Below the pieces are notes generated by a model that was given only the letters and a program-made list of their open reading frames with translations, did not search any database and was not told the origin of the DNA. From NCBI GenBank assembly GCA_951406725.2, contig OX597818.1:19468001-19532000 (forward strand): DNA of 64,000 nucleotides, read 5' to 3'. Positions within the stretch are counted from its first letter, which is position 1. Each line of letters begins with the position of its first letter. Both the position numbers and the translations under genes were made by a program. This document shows positions 30,195 through 44,172 of the stretch, one piece after another. The DNA is from Octopus vulgaris (lineage: Eukaryota).

Positions 30195-31367
30195 GTACAT
30201 AGAGAGAGAGAAAGAACAGGATGTAAGGCAAAGACGACATTAGCATCATTTGAACTCAGAACGTGATGACAGACGAAATGCCACAAACGTTTTGTTCGCT
30301 GTGCTAACGATTCTGTCTGTTCGCCGCCTGCATACTACTACTACTACTACTATACCACCACCACCACCACTACTATATAGGATAAATAGATCGTAGTACA
30401 GATGTAAAAATCAATATGAACCCAGCATTTTACTCTAGTAACATTCCACAAATAAAAATGAAATGTCAATAAACAATGTAATAATATAAATCTTTATCGC
30501 ACTCCAAACAATCCAACGTTAGGACAGGTCACCGAGTCAGTACACATATTAGGAACAGAAGCCAAACTCATCACTCTCTCAAAAGAAAGGACAACTCTCG
30601 ACCAACACACGCTTAGACAAAAAGAATATTATAATAAGAATAATAACAAAGATCATAATGCCAGGCAGTGTAATCTAATATATTACGACATAATTAACGA
30701 TGTGTGTAAGATGCGAATGAAAACAAAAACAACACACATTCACACTGAAATACGTTGGAATAATACCAGACACTAAAGAAGCAAATATAGTTTTGAGGAA
30801 ATCACTGAAAAGCCATAGTTCCGTGATACAAGATTTTTATGATTCAATCAATAAATCGATAAATTAATTAAAGAGACTGTAACCAGTACACGTTTTCAGA
30901 ATAACCTATCAAAAGTACAACATTCTCTGTTTCAACACATAGTTTCACAAAAATAATTATCCTGTGGAGAAGAGAAAGGAAACATGTATATATGCATATG
31001 TTTATATATAAATGGAATTTTACAATTGAATTTAAAACATTCTTGGAGTAATTAACTTAGCAAATATGTGGACAGAAGAAAATAGCTCATCGTTAACATC
31101 ACTTCATCGTTCAAACCGTCTTTTTTTGTCTTAATTGTCTTATACCGTACATATACACAGTAATTACGTTTATGTATGTGTATAAATGTATCTGCTCATA
31201 CATACATATATCTGTGCGTGTATGTATGTATGATTGTGTGTGTGTATTGTCTAGGTATATATTTATATATATACGCATGTATGTATGTACAAATGTATAT
31301 TACATACAGATAGGCACTTGAAAACACGTGCAAATTTCTTTTCTGATTTGATTAAGATAATGTAGCT

Positions 31368-31403
<36 letters not shown>

Positions 31404-31729
31404 CGTCGTGGTGGTAGTGGTGATGATGATGATTACGACGACGACGATGATTGTAATGTATTCTTGCTGTATTAATAGCACGTAGGTTCATGCTTTAAGA
31501 AATCTGTTGTACAGGAAATTGTATCATTAAGTGCAGAGAACGACATCAACAAGTAAAATAATTTACATTAAAGGCAATTTTATTTTAATAACAAACATTG
31601 TATAGTAGCGGTGATGGTTATCATTGTAATGGTTGTGGCAGTGGTGGTATGGTTTCTTGGTAATGGTAGTGAAACCTAGAACGACTATTGCTATTATTGT
31701 TGTTTAGTCCCATTGTTGGTCACTTAGAC

Positions 31730-32065
31730 CAGTGGTTCTCAGCCGAAGTCCATATGACCCCTGAGGGTGCATATAAGACTTTTGGGTGGGGTCCATGCAA
31801 CAAAATAATCGATTGGAGTTCCACAATAGTATTTTAGGGATCCCTCGAAATAATCTTGCTTTAGATGTGTATATATCGCTATATGCTGCAGGGAACAGCT
31901 AGGTTTCTTTCTCTAGTGTCTTCCATAGTTCAGCCTAGACAAGTTAATGCGTGAAAAACAAAATAAGAATTTTGAAAGAAGTTTCTATAACATAAGCTTT
32001 TAAATATTGAATGGTTGTGGCAGTCCCCCAGAACGAAATAGTAATCAAATAGTTGTGAATCACTG
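31730..32065. mobile_element. hAT-type (Charlie-like) MITE
   Basis: TIRs CAGTGGTTCTCAGC / GTTGTGAATCACTG with an 8-bp TSD, acttagac (31722-31729) and acttaggc (32066-32073). Confidence 0.8.
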
Positions 32066-32460
32066 ACTTAGGCCTATTATAAATTGGAGGTATTGCTATG
32101 ATTCTTTCTGACAATGGGTTTGTAGGGCAACGGATTTAGATCCACGTAATATATTTAATATCTAATATCTAATATCCCTTCTTTTTTTAGTTTGTAATAC
32201 GTGGTAAAAGACATAAGGAAAATATGAGTACTATTTCTAGTATGTCGGGAGGCTCCGTGGAGGGCCCCCTCCCCCTCCTTCGCTAGATGGCATTCATTAT
32301 GAAGATGTCACATACGTTGGAGGATTGTCATAAAGAACTTAAGTCTATCTAATGTTTCTAAAAACAGATGTAAAGAAAACAAAAAAAAAACAGCTCCAAA
32401 ATAGTAACCGTCCACCACCCGTTCCGCACCTCTGAACAAATGAACTAAAAGACATTTAAA

Positions 32461-32499
<39 letters not shown>

Positions 32500-32984
32500 C
32501 GTGTGACGATATGATGGGCGCAATGACTCGTCCGTTGAGATCTTGGTCCGATAAACGAATCAGTTAACCTCGTTGTAGTATATCGTTATCTATATGTACA
32601 CACATGTTTCGCTAAATGCGTTGCTATGAATAAGGAATAAGGATAAAATTGGGTATTGGAAGAGGGAGTTTTAGAAGCTATGATATGCATGTCTTGCGGG
32701 TGTAATGCACGTATATATATGTGCGTGCTAGTGTACATATTGCCGTGCATGCACGTTGGCACATATTCGTCTATGTATGTATATATATATGCATATATGT
32801 GTGTGTATATGTATACATATACACACGCAAACACACATACACACACACACACACACACACATATACACGGACACACACTCACATTTATATATGCTTTCGT
32901 GTTTTGCTATGGAGTATGCATGCATGTGTATATATCTATCTATCTGTATGTATGTTTGTATGTATGTATGTGAGAGAGTATATT

Positions 32985-33027
<43 letters not shown>

Positions 33028-33456
33028 ATGTGTGTGTGTCTATATATGTACACACACACACAAAGACACACATACACTTACAATCATACACAGCCTATTT
33101 CCTGTGCAAAACCAAAGACCGTTGTCTGGCGCCAGTGGACATCGGTAAGGAGTGACTAGATAACATAGAAAGTCATTAAGCTGGTTGAAAATAAACAAAG
33201 ACAAAATAATCATTATTAAATAAAAGAGCATTATTAAATATAATAAATGAATAAGCAAAATTGGAAAAGCACTAATTCTAAAATCTCAGCCAGGACTTAT
33301 AATAAAAGGCCAGCTATTATCTCATAACGGATGCAGAGCATAATACTGTCTCAGTGACGTAATAAGTACGACGTAAAATTTTTGACACTTTATAGTATAT
33401 TACAAAATTGAACAAACGTAAACATAAGGACATAAAAGTTTACAGCCTGTGAATGT

Positions 33457-33493
<37 letters not shown>

Positions 33494-33724
33494 GTGTGTG
33501 CGCGCGCGCGCGTGTGTATTATGGTTGTGTTTATTATTTAGGTTTATTATGGTTGTACAGCGTTGAAAATGTTTCAGTTCCGGCACTCGGTCTCGGATTA
33601 AATTGTCAAACAAATGCAACTTTATGTATGTATAAGTCCATCCTTGGTAAGTGGATCTAATGTCATACACACACAAAAACACTCACATACTCACACACTG
33701 ACACACACGCATACATAGACACAT

Positions 33725-34120
33725 GCTAAAATAATTTTATAAATAACATTTCAGTACCGGTTTCAGTCATTGAGGCTTTTTCAGCTGTAAGTATGGAAAA
33801 CAATTAAATCTTGGAAAAATTAAATGAGAGTAGTAGGGTGTTAAATGGTCAAGTGCCCTGAAAGTGACTTGTTGTGGATGGTTGTAGTGATTGAATTATT
33901 GAGATATCTCTTTTGAATGTATTGTTTATAATATTTGCGTAGGTTTTATTCTAAACAGCAATAGTAGTAAAGTAAGGAAGGAGGTGGCGGAGAGGAAGAA
34001 GAAGACGCAGAAGAAGAAAGAGACAGAATAATAAGAGAATGCAGGATGGTAGGATAGTAGTAGGATATTAAATGGTCAATTGATCTAAAAGTGATTCGTT
34101 GCGGAATATTTATATACATA
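33725..34120 (-). mobile_element. Penelope-like element 3' remnant with a minimal hammerhead motif
   Basis: Absent from copy A; the minus strand reads cag-CTGAAAA-agcctcaatgact-GAAA-CCGG-TA-ctg at ~33752-33786. Confidence 0.5.
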
Positions 34121-34769
34121 TATATAGGATATTTGAACTTCAAAAGGATTTACCTACACACTTCTTGGCACATTCCCAGAAACGGCCGTAAGAGTCTTTC
34201 GTGTTTATTGGATTCATTCGAGGTCTTCTCTTTTGGATTATTGTGAACTGTCATCTCATCACCTTTAGACTTTTATATTTGTCAGAATGTATTAATGCAA
34301 TTATTTATCCGACTTTGATTTGGGCACGGAATTACACTGTTATATGTATGTATATGTTTTTATATGTTACATGTTCCACATATTTATAATAGCTTCTACA
34401 TACCCACTGTGTTTAGATGTGTGTCGACTTTGATGACGATTATTATTGACCTTGAAATTTGTCTCTTTCTATTAAATAAATCTACCCTACGCTGTTGTTT
34501 CTTGAAAAGAGTTCACCTCTCTAATTTTTCATTACCTATATATATATATATATAAAGTTAATCCAAACAAGAAAACACAGAAAAAAACAGCAACGCGAGG
34601 ACGTGGAACAATTAAAGTATTATTTGACGCTCAGGAAAGAAGGTTAGGAGGGTTTAACGTTTCGAGCAGAGCTCTTCGTCGGAAACAAGGAGAAGGAAAG
34701 ATCCCAAGAAGGGAAGACAGAGGAAAAAAATATTTTTGCTGGTGGTGCTCAAGAGATCACATGTTATAT

Positions 34770-34864
<95 letters not shown>

Positions 34865-35120
34865 TGCTTTTACGTCTTTCAGTCAGATTACGGCTATGCT
34901 TGGACACCGCCTTGATGTATCGACCCCAGTACTTATTTTGTTTGTTTGTGTAAGCCTGGGACTTATTCTGTCGGTCTCCTTTGGCAAACAGATAGCTTAC
35001 AGCGACGTAAACACACTAGCACTGGTTGACGAGCCGGTGGGTAACAAACACACACACACGTGTTTGTGTGAGTAAATATGTATGTGTGCATATATAATGT
35101 ACACACGTATGTCCGTGTGT

Positions 35121-35167
<47 letters not shown>

Positions 35168-35532
35168 CTACAGAAATAAAATGAGAATCAGGCAGACAAA
35201 GAGATTGGAGTGGGGGCCGTGAAGTTTGATATAATTTTTAGTAACTCCACGCTGCTCATTTGGGAAATAAAGGGAATTCTCAACAAACGTCAACATGGGT
35301 CATGACCATTTTCTTGCACAGATGTACCACTGCGCAAAATTTCAGTTGCTTGCCTGCGTGCGAGACTATGGCGTACAACTTAGAACATACATACATAATT
35401 CACGTTTATATATTTAGACATATGTACATATAAAGACTTGTTTTATTTATATTCCTGAGCGCCATACTAATACAATTGTTTGTTTGTATTCCACCTGCCT
35501 TCGTCTTTTGTTTATTTTCATAAAGCTTCCCG

Positions 35533-35590
<58 letters not shown>

Positions 35591-36859
35591 ATAGATAGAT
35601 AGATAGATAGATATCAATCTATCTATTCATGTGTGTGTATGTATGAGTGTGTATTATACATGTATGTATAGACATAATGTATAGACATATGTATATATGA
35701 ATGTATGTACAAATGCACACCTACACACATATATGTACACATAAGCACATAACACGAATATTTTATATGTATGTCAATGCTCTCGCGTGAATATAAATAT
35801 ATATGCATTTATTTATTTGTGGAAAAGAAAGAGTGTGAAAGAGAAAAAGAGAGAGCAAAAAAGGAAGAAGAGAGGGCGCGTAAGTAGGTAAAATATGGAA
35901 GGAGAGCAAAAGTTCATTAATTTCTAATGAATGACATTTGTAGAACGATTATTCGAGGAATGTTGTGACGGAAAACCAACGAACGAGTTCCCTTTTTATT
36001 GTGTGCCAAAGTGTCCCATGACAAGCCTAGTGTATTTATGTATGGTGGAAAGGAGACAGCGGGGTAAGTCCGTAAGCCGATGTAAATGTTTTGTTGCAGT
36101 GAAATTCGCGACTGTTCTGATAAATAGAAATTACCGCAAACAATGTTGTAGATAGATTCACACCCTTTGAGACGAGTACGAAGGTCGATACAGCCTACGA
36201 ATGCAACACGAATATACACTCACTCACATACTTAGCCTGCAAGCAATAGAAACCTACGTTTTGTGGAAGCTGAACAAAGCAGTATATTAAATACTGTAGA
36301 AAACATATATTACCAGGTCACAAAGTGGAGTACGTTCACTATGTTTCACTGATGATATGTAATAAGACCGAAAGAAATTCATCGTTGTCACTATAGCTAC
36401 AAAAGATCATGCTCACTTCCCCCTCTCTATTACAGAACTCTAAAAACAACAGCAACAAAAAAATTCATGCTTTCCGAAAGGGTAAGTAAAACAGTAAGAA
36501 AACAGTTAGTTAATTAGTAAGTTTGGTTGTTAGTTAAATTCATGTATCAGAAAGGGTAGGTTTATTAATTCAACTGTTTGAAAAGCAGAATTGCAAGGAA
36601 AAGAGAGACTGGAAAGGAAGAAGATGATAAGAAGCAAAAATGATCGGCAGTAGGTCACCAAAGGCTAAACTATCGGTTATACTGATTCAAGCGATAGACC
36701 AACCAGTAACAGGATTAGTTGAGGACATATGAATATATTCCAAATCGTATTTGAGGTATTGGAAACGAATATTACATAAGGATACCACCAGGTTGCGGGT
36801 AGTGAAGGGTATTAAGGTTATGATATAATGAGAGGAGAAGATAAGAAAAGTATGAGGCT

Positions 36860-37198
36860 ACCGTCTTACATTGGTAGGTAGTCTATCGGTGTCCGATGAT
36901 GACAAAGTCTGTGTTCTCAGCAGTGAGAGCGCATATGACTCCGCAGTCCAAAGCTGGAAGAACATACATGCGCCCACAGATGTCACGGCGATATTCTGTT
37001 CTCTGGATTGAGGCGAATGCTGTCCTGTGACGCCTTTCTCTTGCAACATCGAAATGCTGTTGCCGGTCCTCTTTGAAGGCTGCTGCTGCTCGTGAGGTAA
37101 GAGACCTCTACGCTGCTCTGTCTGCGGCAGAGGCTTCTAGTTCGCGTGATCTAATGCCGCTCCACTTGAGGTTACTTTTCAGAGTGTCTTTGTACCAC
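36860..37198 (-). mobile_element. RTE-type LINE 3' end fragment
   Basis: GC-richer island; the reverse strand encodes a decayed C-terminal C..CGR zinc-finger-like segment. Confidence 0.5.
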
Positions 37199-37199
37199 A

Positions 37200-37947
37200 T
37201 TTTAACAGATGTAATTACCAAAATTACTTTAAAATATCTTGAAATACTATCGAGTAAATTTATTCAATAAAATCACCATTGGCTTCAACCACGGCCTCCA
37301 GACAACTTCGGAATCTCCTGTAACTCTTCTGAGCGGTCTTCTTGTTTAAGTTGGTGAATACTGCTATAATCTAATCCTTGCCTTCAGTTTATCTTTGGTG
37401 TTACAAGGAGTTTTGTTGATCTCTCGTTTAACTGTGCCCCACACATAATAATCAAAGGAGTTGCATTCTGGGGAGTTAGGTGGCCAGATGTTAGGGGTGA
37501 TGTGGTCGCAGAAATTGTCTGACAGCCTTGACTGAGTTCTCTTGCTTGTATGGCATGGCGCAGAGTCCTATTGCCAGACATAGGGTCTTCCAGCAGCCTC
37601 CCGCTTGACCCAGAGTAGCACTACGTCCGCCAGGCGCTTGATGTAGGTCTCCGTGTTGAGTCTGAGGCCGTGTGGGAAGATGAATGGAAGCATAACATCG
37701 CCATTTCTATTGATCACTCCAAACACCATGATGTTGTTGGAATGTTTGATTTTTATCAACCTTGGTACATGTCCTCAGGTCGCACAATCTTCAGATTGAC
37801 ACCCAAACCCTCTGAAATGTTCGTATTGGATCTTCTGGCACAAATGCCAAGCAATACAGCATATCGTTTCCAAATACTGTGTAGTCGACAAAATCAAAAA
37901 CAAAAAATTAAAAATATAAAATGGCGACAAATTATCATCGCACCCTG
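37200..37947 (-). mobile_element. Tc1/mariner DD37D (maT-like) fossil, internally deleted
   Basis: IMVFGVI..NGDVM and YVWQ*DSAPCHTS...IWPPNSPECNSFDYYVWG with 37-residue D-D spacing; TIR CAGGGTGCGATGATAATTTGTCGCCAT at 37947. Confidence 0.85.
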
Positions 37948-39650
37948 TGTACGTGTGTGTGTGTAGTAAGGTCTTCTTTCAGTTTCCGCTTGCCAAATCC
38001 ACTCACAAGGCTTAGGTCACCCATGGCAAAATTAGAAGGCACTTGCCCATAGGTGCTTTGGACACTGCTTCTCCGCATCACTTACAGTTTAACGTTCTGC
38101 GTTCAAATTCCACCGAGGTCGACATTACATTTCATCTATTGGCGTCGATGAAATAAATACCAGCTGAGTACTGAAGTCGATGTAATCAACTAATTCCTCC
38201 CCACAAAATTTCATGCCTTGTGCCTGTAGTAGAATGGATTGCTGCTGTTGTCGATGATGGTGATGATGATGATGTTATAATTATAGAAAGTAGACTGACA
38301 GAACCAGTAAATATGGAACAACATTTCTTGTGATATGATCATGCTAAGGTCGAACTCTGCCTACGTGGAGTGTCACGAATAAGATGTCCCCTGATGATCT
38401 CATATATAAAATATCTAAATGCATACAATATTTTCAACAGGAGGGCATTTTCTTAATATCTATCAGTAGCATGTTCTCAAATGATTTTAATCTATTCCCA
38501 GCAGGTGAACGTTCTCAAGTGCTTTCACACATATTGCCAACAGGTGAATAAGGCACCTATATTTACAAAAGTGCTCTCTTTGCAAAGTTACAAAACACCT
38601 GCGCCTGCTATACATTTCAGCGCACAACACACCAGTAGATAGTTCAATGTTATATCCCTTCTGTTATGGCATCTATTTATGTGTACGTAGAGAGATTCAT
38701 CAGATCGCTATCACATATAGATTAGCTTCAGCAAATACCTAACATCTTGTGTGCAAATGTATAATAAGGATTTATTTTTACTCCCGTAAATCGTTGGAAA
38801 GCATCGTTTGGAGATTGGTCCCAAATATATTCCCGTAAATAATCACTTCCGGTTTGCTACCGGACACATCTGTTTCTTCTTTCATTATCTTATAACCTCA
38901 CTTCACATCTAAACTAAACGTTTCGTTCAATCCATGACGTGCAAGCTGGAGAATTTTCTCCTTGCCTACTTTCTTTTCCCTCCCGTAGACGACATTAGCT
39001 GTATTGATCTCACCATTCTAGAAGGAATTGTAAAATTATAATTACTGCTACTGTCTAAGAAAAAATATATACCTAGATAGTATTTTAGGGAACACGCAAA
39101 CTAAATGCAACTGTTTTTTTTTTCAACCCTTTCAAATGTCTTATTCTACAATATGGTTATTTAGTAATAGCTTCCAACCATTTCTAAGCTGTAAGAATAT
39201 TTAACATACCAAAAGTCTATGATGATATAATTACACCCATAAAGCAAGAGAAACATGGCGTTTTCTGAAAACAGCTTTTTAAGCTTGGAAACATCAGTCA
39301 GATTGATTCATATGTGATGGAATGTTATTCCTAACAATATTCCTCCAGCAACGAATTATAGGCATTTTACAGACAAGGAGTGGATAGCGAGCGGCATTTT
39401 GAGTAGGAAATAATACTTTAACCTTGATTGCTTAAGAGGGGAAATAGACAGATAAAAAGGCAGAGGGACATTAGGGATCACTGGATGTAGACAGTAGAAA
39501 GAATAAGTACTATCACAATTCCTTAAGCCCAACTAAATACGTGGAAGCGGTGCAGAAGAATGTAACAGTATCAGCTTCAGCAGAAACATCACACGCTTAT
39601 ATTTTCTAAGATTATTATCTTTTTATGAATGTATATGTGCGTGCGTGCGT

Positions 39651-40035
39651 GGAGGCGCAATGGCCCAGTGGTTAGGGCAGCGGACTCGCGGTCATAGGAT
39701 CGCGGTTTCGATTCCCAAACCGGGCGTTGTGAGTGTTTATTGAGCGAAAGCACCTAAAGCTCCACGAGGCTCCGGCAGGGGATGGTGGTGATCCCTGCTG
39801 TACTCTTTCACCACAACTTTCTCTCACTCTTACTTCCTGTTTCTGTTGTACCTGTATTTCAAAGGGCCGGCCTTGTCACTCTCTGTGTCACTCTGAATAT
39901 CCCCGAGAACTACGTTAAGGGTACACGTGTCTGTGGAGTGCTCAGCCACTTACACGTTAATTTCACGAGCAGGCTGTTCCGTTGATTCGGATCAACCGGA
40001 ACCCTCGTCGTCGTAACCGACGGAGTGCTTCCACG
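39651..40035 (+). mobile_element. tRNA-derived SINE (family C-related head)
   Basis: GGAGGCGCAATGGCCCAGTGGTTAGGGCAGCGG...GGTTTCGATTCCC with A and B boxes, followed by a non-tRNA body. Confidence 0.85.
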
Positions 40036-40354
40036 CTTCCATGTGCGTGCATGTATGTGCGTGCGTAGATATGTATGTACGTATGTGTGTGTTTGTATAC
40101 ATATACATATATATGTGTGTATATAAATATATATGTGCGTATGTTTATATACAAGTCTCAATTTAGTTACCTTTGTCAGATAGTCTGACGAAGGCAACTC
40201 AACCAAAGCTTCAAATCCGCTTTCAACATTTATTTTTATTTATTTATGTATATTTATTATTTATTTCATTTATGTATTGTTAAAATAAACGTGATAATTT
40301 ATTGAAATGAACTGAGGGATTTTTCAATGAATGTTTTACAATTTTTATAGATAA

Positions 40355-40771
40355 GGCGCGGGAGTGGCTGTGTGGTAAGTAGCTTGCTTACGAACTATAT
40401 GGTTCCGGGTTCAGTCCCACTGCGTGGAACCTTGGGCAAGTGTCTTCTACTATAGCCTCGGACCGACCAAAGCCTTGTAAGTGGATTTAGTAGACGGAAA
40501 CTGAAAAGAAGCCCGTCGTATATATGTGTATATATACATATATATATATGTGTGTGTGTATGTGTGTGTGTATATTTGTCCCCCCAACATCGCTTGACAA
40601 CTGATCGTGGTGTGTTTACGTCCCCGTAACTTGGCGGTTCGTCAAAAGAGACCGATAGAATAAGTACTAGGCTTCCAAAGAATAAGTCCTGGGGTCGATT
40701 TGCTCGACTAAAAGGCGGGGCTCCAGCATGGCCACAGTCAAATGACTGAAACAAATAAAAGTAAAAGAGTA
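40355..40771 (+). mobile_element. SINE family B
   Basis: Near-identical to 13570-13990. Confidence 0.85.
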
Positions 40772-40907
40772 ACTATGTATAAAAACATACACGTATGTGT
40801 ATGTGTGTATATGTATATATATATTCCGAATTTGTGTAAATGTGTATAGAATAATATATCAGTTGATATACATACACTCGCACACACATATATGTATGTA
40901 TGCATAT

Positions 40908-41067
40908 ACGACGGGCTTCTTTCAGTTTCCGTCTACCAAATTTACTCACAAGGCTTTGGTCGGTCGAAGCTATAGTAGAAGACATTTGCCCAAGGTGCAA
41001 CGCAATGGGACTGAACCCGGAACCTTGTGGCTGGTAAGGAAGCTACTCACCACACAGCCACTCCTAT
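40908..41067 (-). mobile_element. SINE family B head, inverted
   Basis: Reverse complement of 40355-40520. Confidence 0.85.
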
Positions 41068-41283
41068 ATCTTTCTATCTCTCCACACACACATACATACG
41101 TACTTACACACACACTTATGTACATACCTACATACATACATACATTATACATACATACATACATACATACATACATACATACATACATGCATGCATGCAT
41201 GCATGCATGCATGCATACATACATACATACATACATACATACATACATACATACATACATACATACATACATACATACATACA

Positions 41284-41315
<32 letters not shown>

Positions 41316-41401
41316 GAGAGAGAGAGGAGGGAGAGAGAGAGAATCGGTCAGTAGTTTAAAAATCGAAAAGAAACCCACTCTCAAACGTTAGAGTAGTAAT
41401 A

Positions 41402-41473
41402 GTTGGAAGGTTGTTTGTTATGCCCGGTTAGAGAGTTGACTATCTAACCGGCAATAACAAACAACCTTCCAAG
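41402..41473. mobile_element. Tiny palindromic MITE-like hairpin
   Basis: ttggaaggttgtttgttatgcccggttagagag-ttga-ctatctaaccggcaataacaaacaaccttccaa, flanked by TA on both sides. Confidence 0.7.
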
Positions 41474-41920
41474 TATATATATATTCTTGATTTGTTGACC
41501 ATCTTAAGCGAAAATATACTCAAATTCCGTCCACGATCAATAGTTTAGAGTAGCTGTTATATAAAGCCGTCATCAATTAGAAAGTCCCACGTGGATTAAA
41601 TAAGACTGTAAGCACGTTCTTTCTATTCTACTGATGTACGGAAAAGGCACAGATATGCAAGTTAGGCAACCCATATGTTGCTAGCCTAATTTATTACTGC
41701 TTTATAAAGCAGCTGGCCTATGATGTTGATTGTAGAATAAAGCCGGGTACGTCTTCTCTGAGGAACGACCAACAATCTGTGAAATGCTCCGTCAAAAGAC
41801 TCCCTATTTTTTACGCACATTAATAGTGTAGAAAAACTGCGTTTACATTATTATTGAATCTACAAGATTCAATTCATACCCTGTTGTCTTGGTCATGATA
41901 GATTTCTTTCTTATCTTAGA

Positions 41921-42303
41921 CTAGCAGTATCGCCCGGCGTTGCTCGGGTTTGTAAGGGAAATAACTATAAAGCATTTTTAGAGAATTATAGCCAAAAAAT
42001 AGCAAAAAAATGGAAAAAAAATTATGGTAAATTTTTTTGAGAGTTAAAAAGTTCGAGTTGCGTCCCCTAGACGGTCTGTGGTTTGTGTTTCTGATTCTCG
42101 ACCCCATGTCGAATTTATCGATTTTTTTCAGAACTGGGGGAACTTTTCAAAATTTTCGCTGCGTTAGTTTTGAATTATGACATTGGGCTATGTGTGTGTC
42201 AAGTTTCATCAGAATCGGTTGAAAGCCGTGGTCAGGGTGAGGGTACAACCTAACAGGCACACAGACACGCACACAGACAAACTGCCGTTTATATAGAGAG
42301 AGA
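41921..42303 (-). mobile_element. Non-autonomous Helitron
   Basis: 5' TC and 3' CCCGAGCAACGCCGGG hairpin plus CTAG on the minus strand, A|T target. Confidence 0.85.
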
Positions 42304-42683
42304 TCATAAGAGACAACGAGAGGTGGGGTTGGCAGGCAGACAGAAAGAAAAGGAGAAAGAGAAAAAAGAAAAAGACTGAGAGAAATCAATACTGTAATTG
42401 TGAAAGAAAATCCTATCATTATGTTAATTGCGTAGTCGGTAGAACATGAAACCAACAAGTATTATTAAGAAACGTAATAGTTATTGTAGTCGTTGTTTTG
42501 TGTGGCCGAACCCCCATTCAATGGAATTGTTGCACAGTTGACTGTAATTCCAATAGAACGAAATGTGAATACTCTCGTCAGTCACTCCAGCTTATTTTAG
42601 TGACGACCCGCAAGGTTTTGGTATTTTCATATAATTTCCTTTTATGATTTTATAATTTTTCTTTTTACATTGTGTCTAAATAT

Positions 42684-42953
42684 AGGCATGGCCTAGTGGT
42701 TAAGTTCTTGCACTCACGATCGCGAGATAGTGGTTTCAATTCTTGGACCGGGTGGTACGTTGTGCTCTTGAGAAAAACACTTCATCTAATTTTGCTCTGC
42801 GATCACTTGGACACCTGACACGTGGTACACCGTGCACCCTGTTCAGGGAGTGAGCAAATGTACAACACATACATTTGCTCACTATAAACAAATCATTTGT
42901 GCAGGTCGATCGACAAAAGCTGAGCACTCACACGTCGTCTTCGACGTGAGAGT

Positions 42954-42955
<2 letters not shown>
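42684..42955 (+). mobile_element. tRNA-derived SINE family C variant
   Basis: aggcatggcctagtggttaag head with a different tail. Confidence 0.65.
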
Positions 42956-42992
<37 letters not shown>

Positions 42993-42993
<1 letters not shown>

Positions 42994-43550
42994 TAGCAGC
43001 TAAGCCCGGTTTCACCAGGTCGGTTTGAATGATGTGGCTATAAAACTTGCTCTGTGTAAGCATTCGACTTGTTTGGGCACGCTTACATTAAAACACAATT
43101 TTAGAATCACTTTTTTTCGGTCAAAACGCTAGAAATATCTGACCAACAAAAACAAACAACCAAGATTCAACCAAATCAAAAAATAAACCCAAATACTAAG
43201 CGAACAAAGATGAACCATCCCACTTCCATTGCGCACGCACACGCCCACACACCCAAACACACACAAACGCACACACACACACACACACCAGCGTGCAATT
43301 TTCATCATCCCACTACCAAGTATGACATCATCCCTTTCCATCCTTATTCATCTATCACCCATTCCTTTTTCATTCATAATACAAGAGTGTTATTATAGTA
43401 GATTATCTCGGTAACCATGGGAGCTATGAAAAAATACAAGGCCCAGCAACACCACTGGATCATTCTAGACATATGTGTAATTTTTCGCGCAATTCCACCC
43501 AGCAGTTTGACCATGAATCCAAAGACTAGAAAGAATCGCCCATGTCAAAT

Positions 43551-43560
<10 letters not shown>
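42993..43560 (-). mobile_element. Second non-autonomous Helitron family
   Basis: CTAGcagctaagCCCGGtttcaCCAGG terminus (CTAG plus hairpin); the other end is lost in (TA)n. Confidence 0.65.
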
Positions 43561-43594
<34 letters not shown>

Positions 43595-43669
43595 CTAACT
43601 TTTGACACAATGCCACAAATATGTATGAGAAATGCTACAGACGGCTGACTTACACGTAATATATTACTG

Positions 43670-44172
43670 ACTAGCTGATAGAAACTTTAGCACGCCGGGC
43701 GAAATGCTTAGCAGTATTTCGTCTGACTTTCCGTTCTTAGTTCAAATTCTGCCGAGGTCGACTTTGTCTTTCACCCTTTTCAGGGTCGATAAATTTAGTA
43801 CCAGTTGCGTAGTGGGGTCGAACTAATCGACTGGCCCCCTCCCCCAAAATGTCGGGCTTTGTGCCTAGAATAGAAAAGAATGTTTCTCAATGAAAGACAG
43901 TATGGTCAGTACTAGAAATCCGTTGATCATAGGTGTGTTAGATCGAGGTTAAATAATGGTTTCAGATTTTGGCACAAGCCCAGCAATTTCAAGGAAGGGG
44001 TAAATCAATTACATCAACCCGCAGTGTTCAGCAGGTACTTATTTTATCGACCCCTAAAGGATGAAAGGCAAAGTCACGCTCAGCAGAATTTGAACTCAGG
44101 ACGTTAAAGACGGAGGAAATACCGCTAAGCACTTTACCTGATGTGCTTACGATTATGCCTTGTCGCCGCCTT
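43670..44172. mobile_element. Inverted pair of family A SINEs (43670-43880 +, 43955-44172 -)
   Basis: Both match the family A consensus, in opposite orientation. Confidence 0.8.

Larger units (their letters stand above)
30374..34538 (+). repeat. Local segmental duplication, copy B
   Basis: Same-orientation paralog of 21812-26315 carrying different TE insertions. Confidence 0.9.

Noticed and set aside
39651-39725. tRNA-like sequence
   Set aside because: It is a SINE head with no proper acceptor stem and continues into a repeat body; the same applies at 4410-4478 and 60470-60540.
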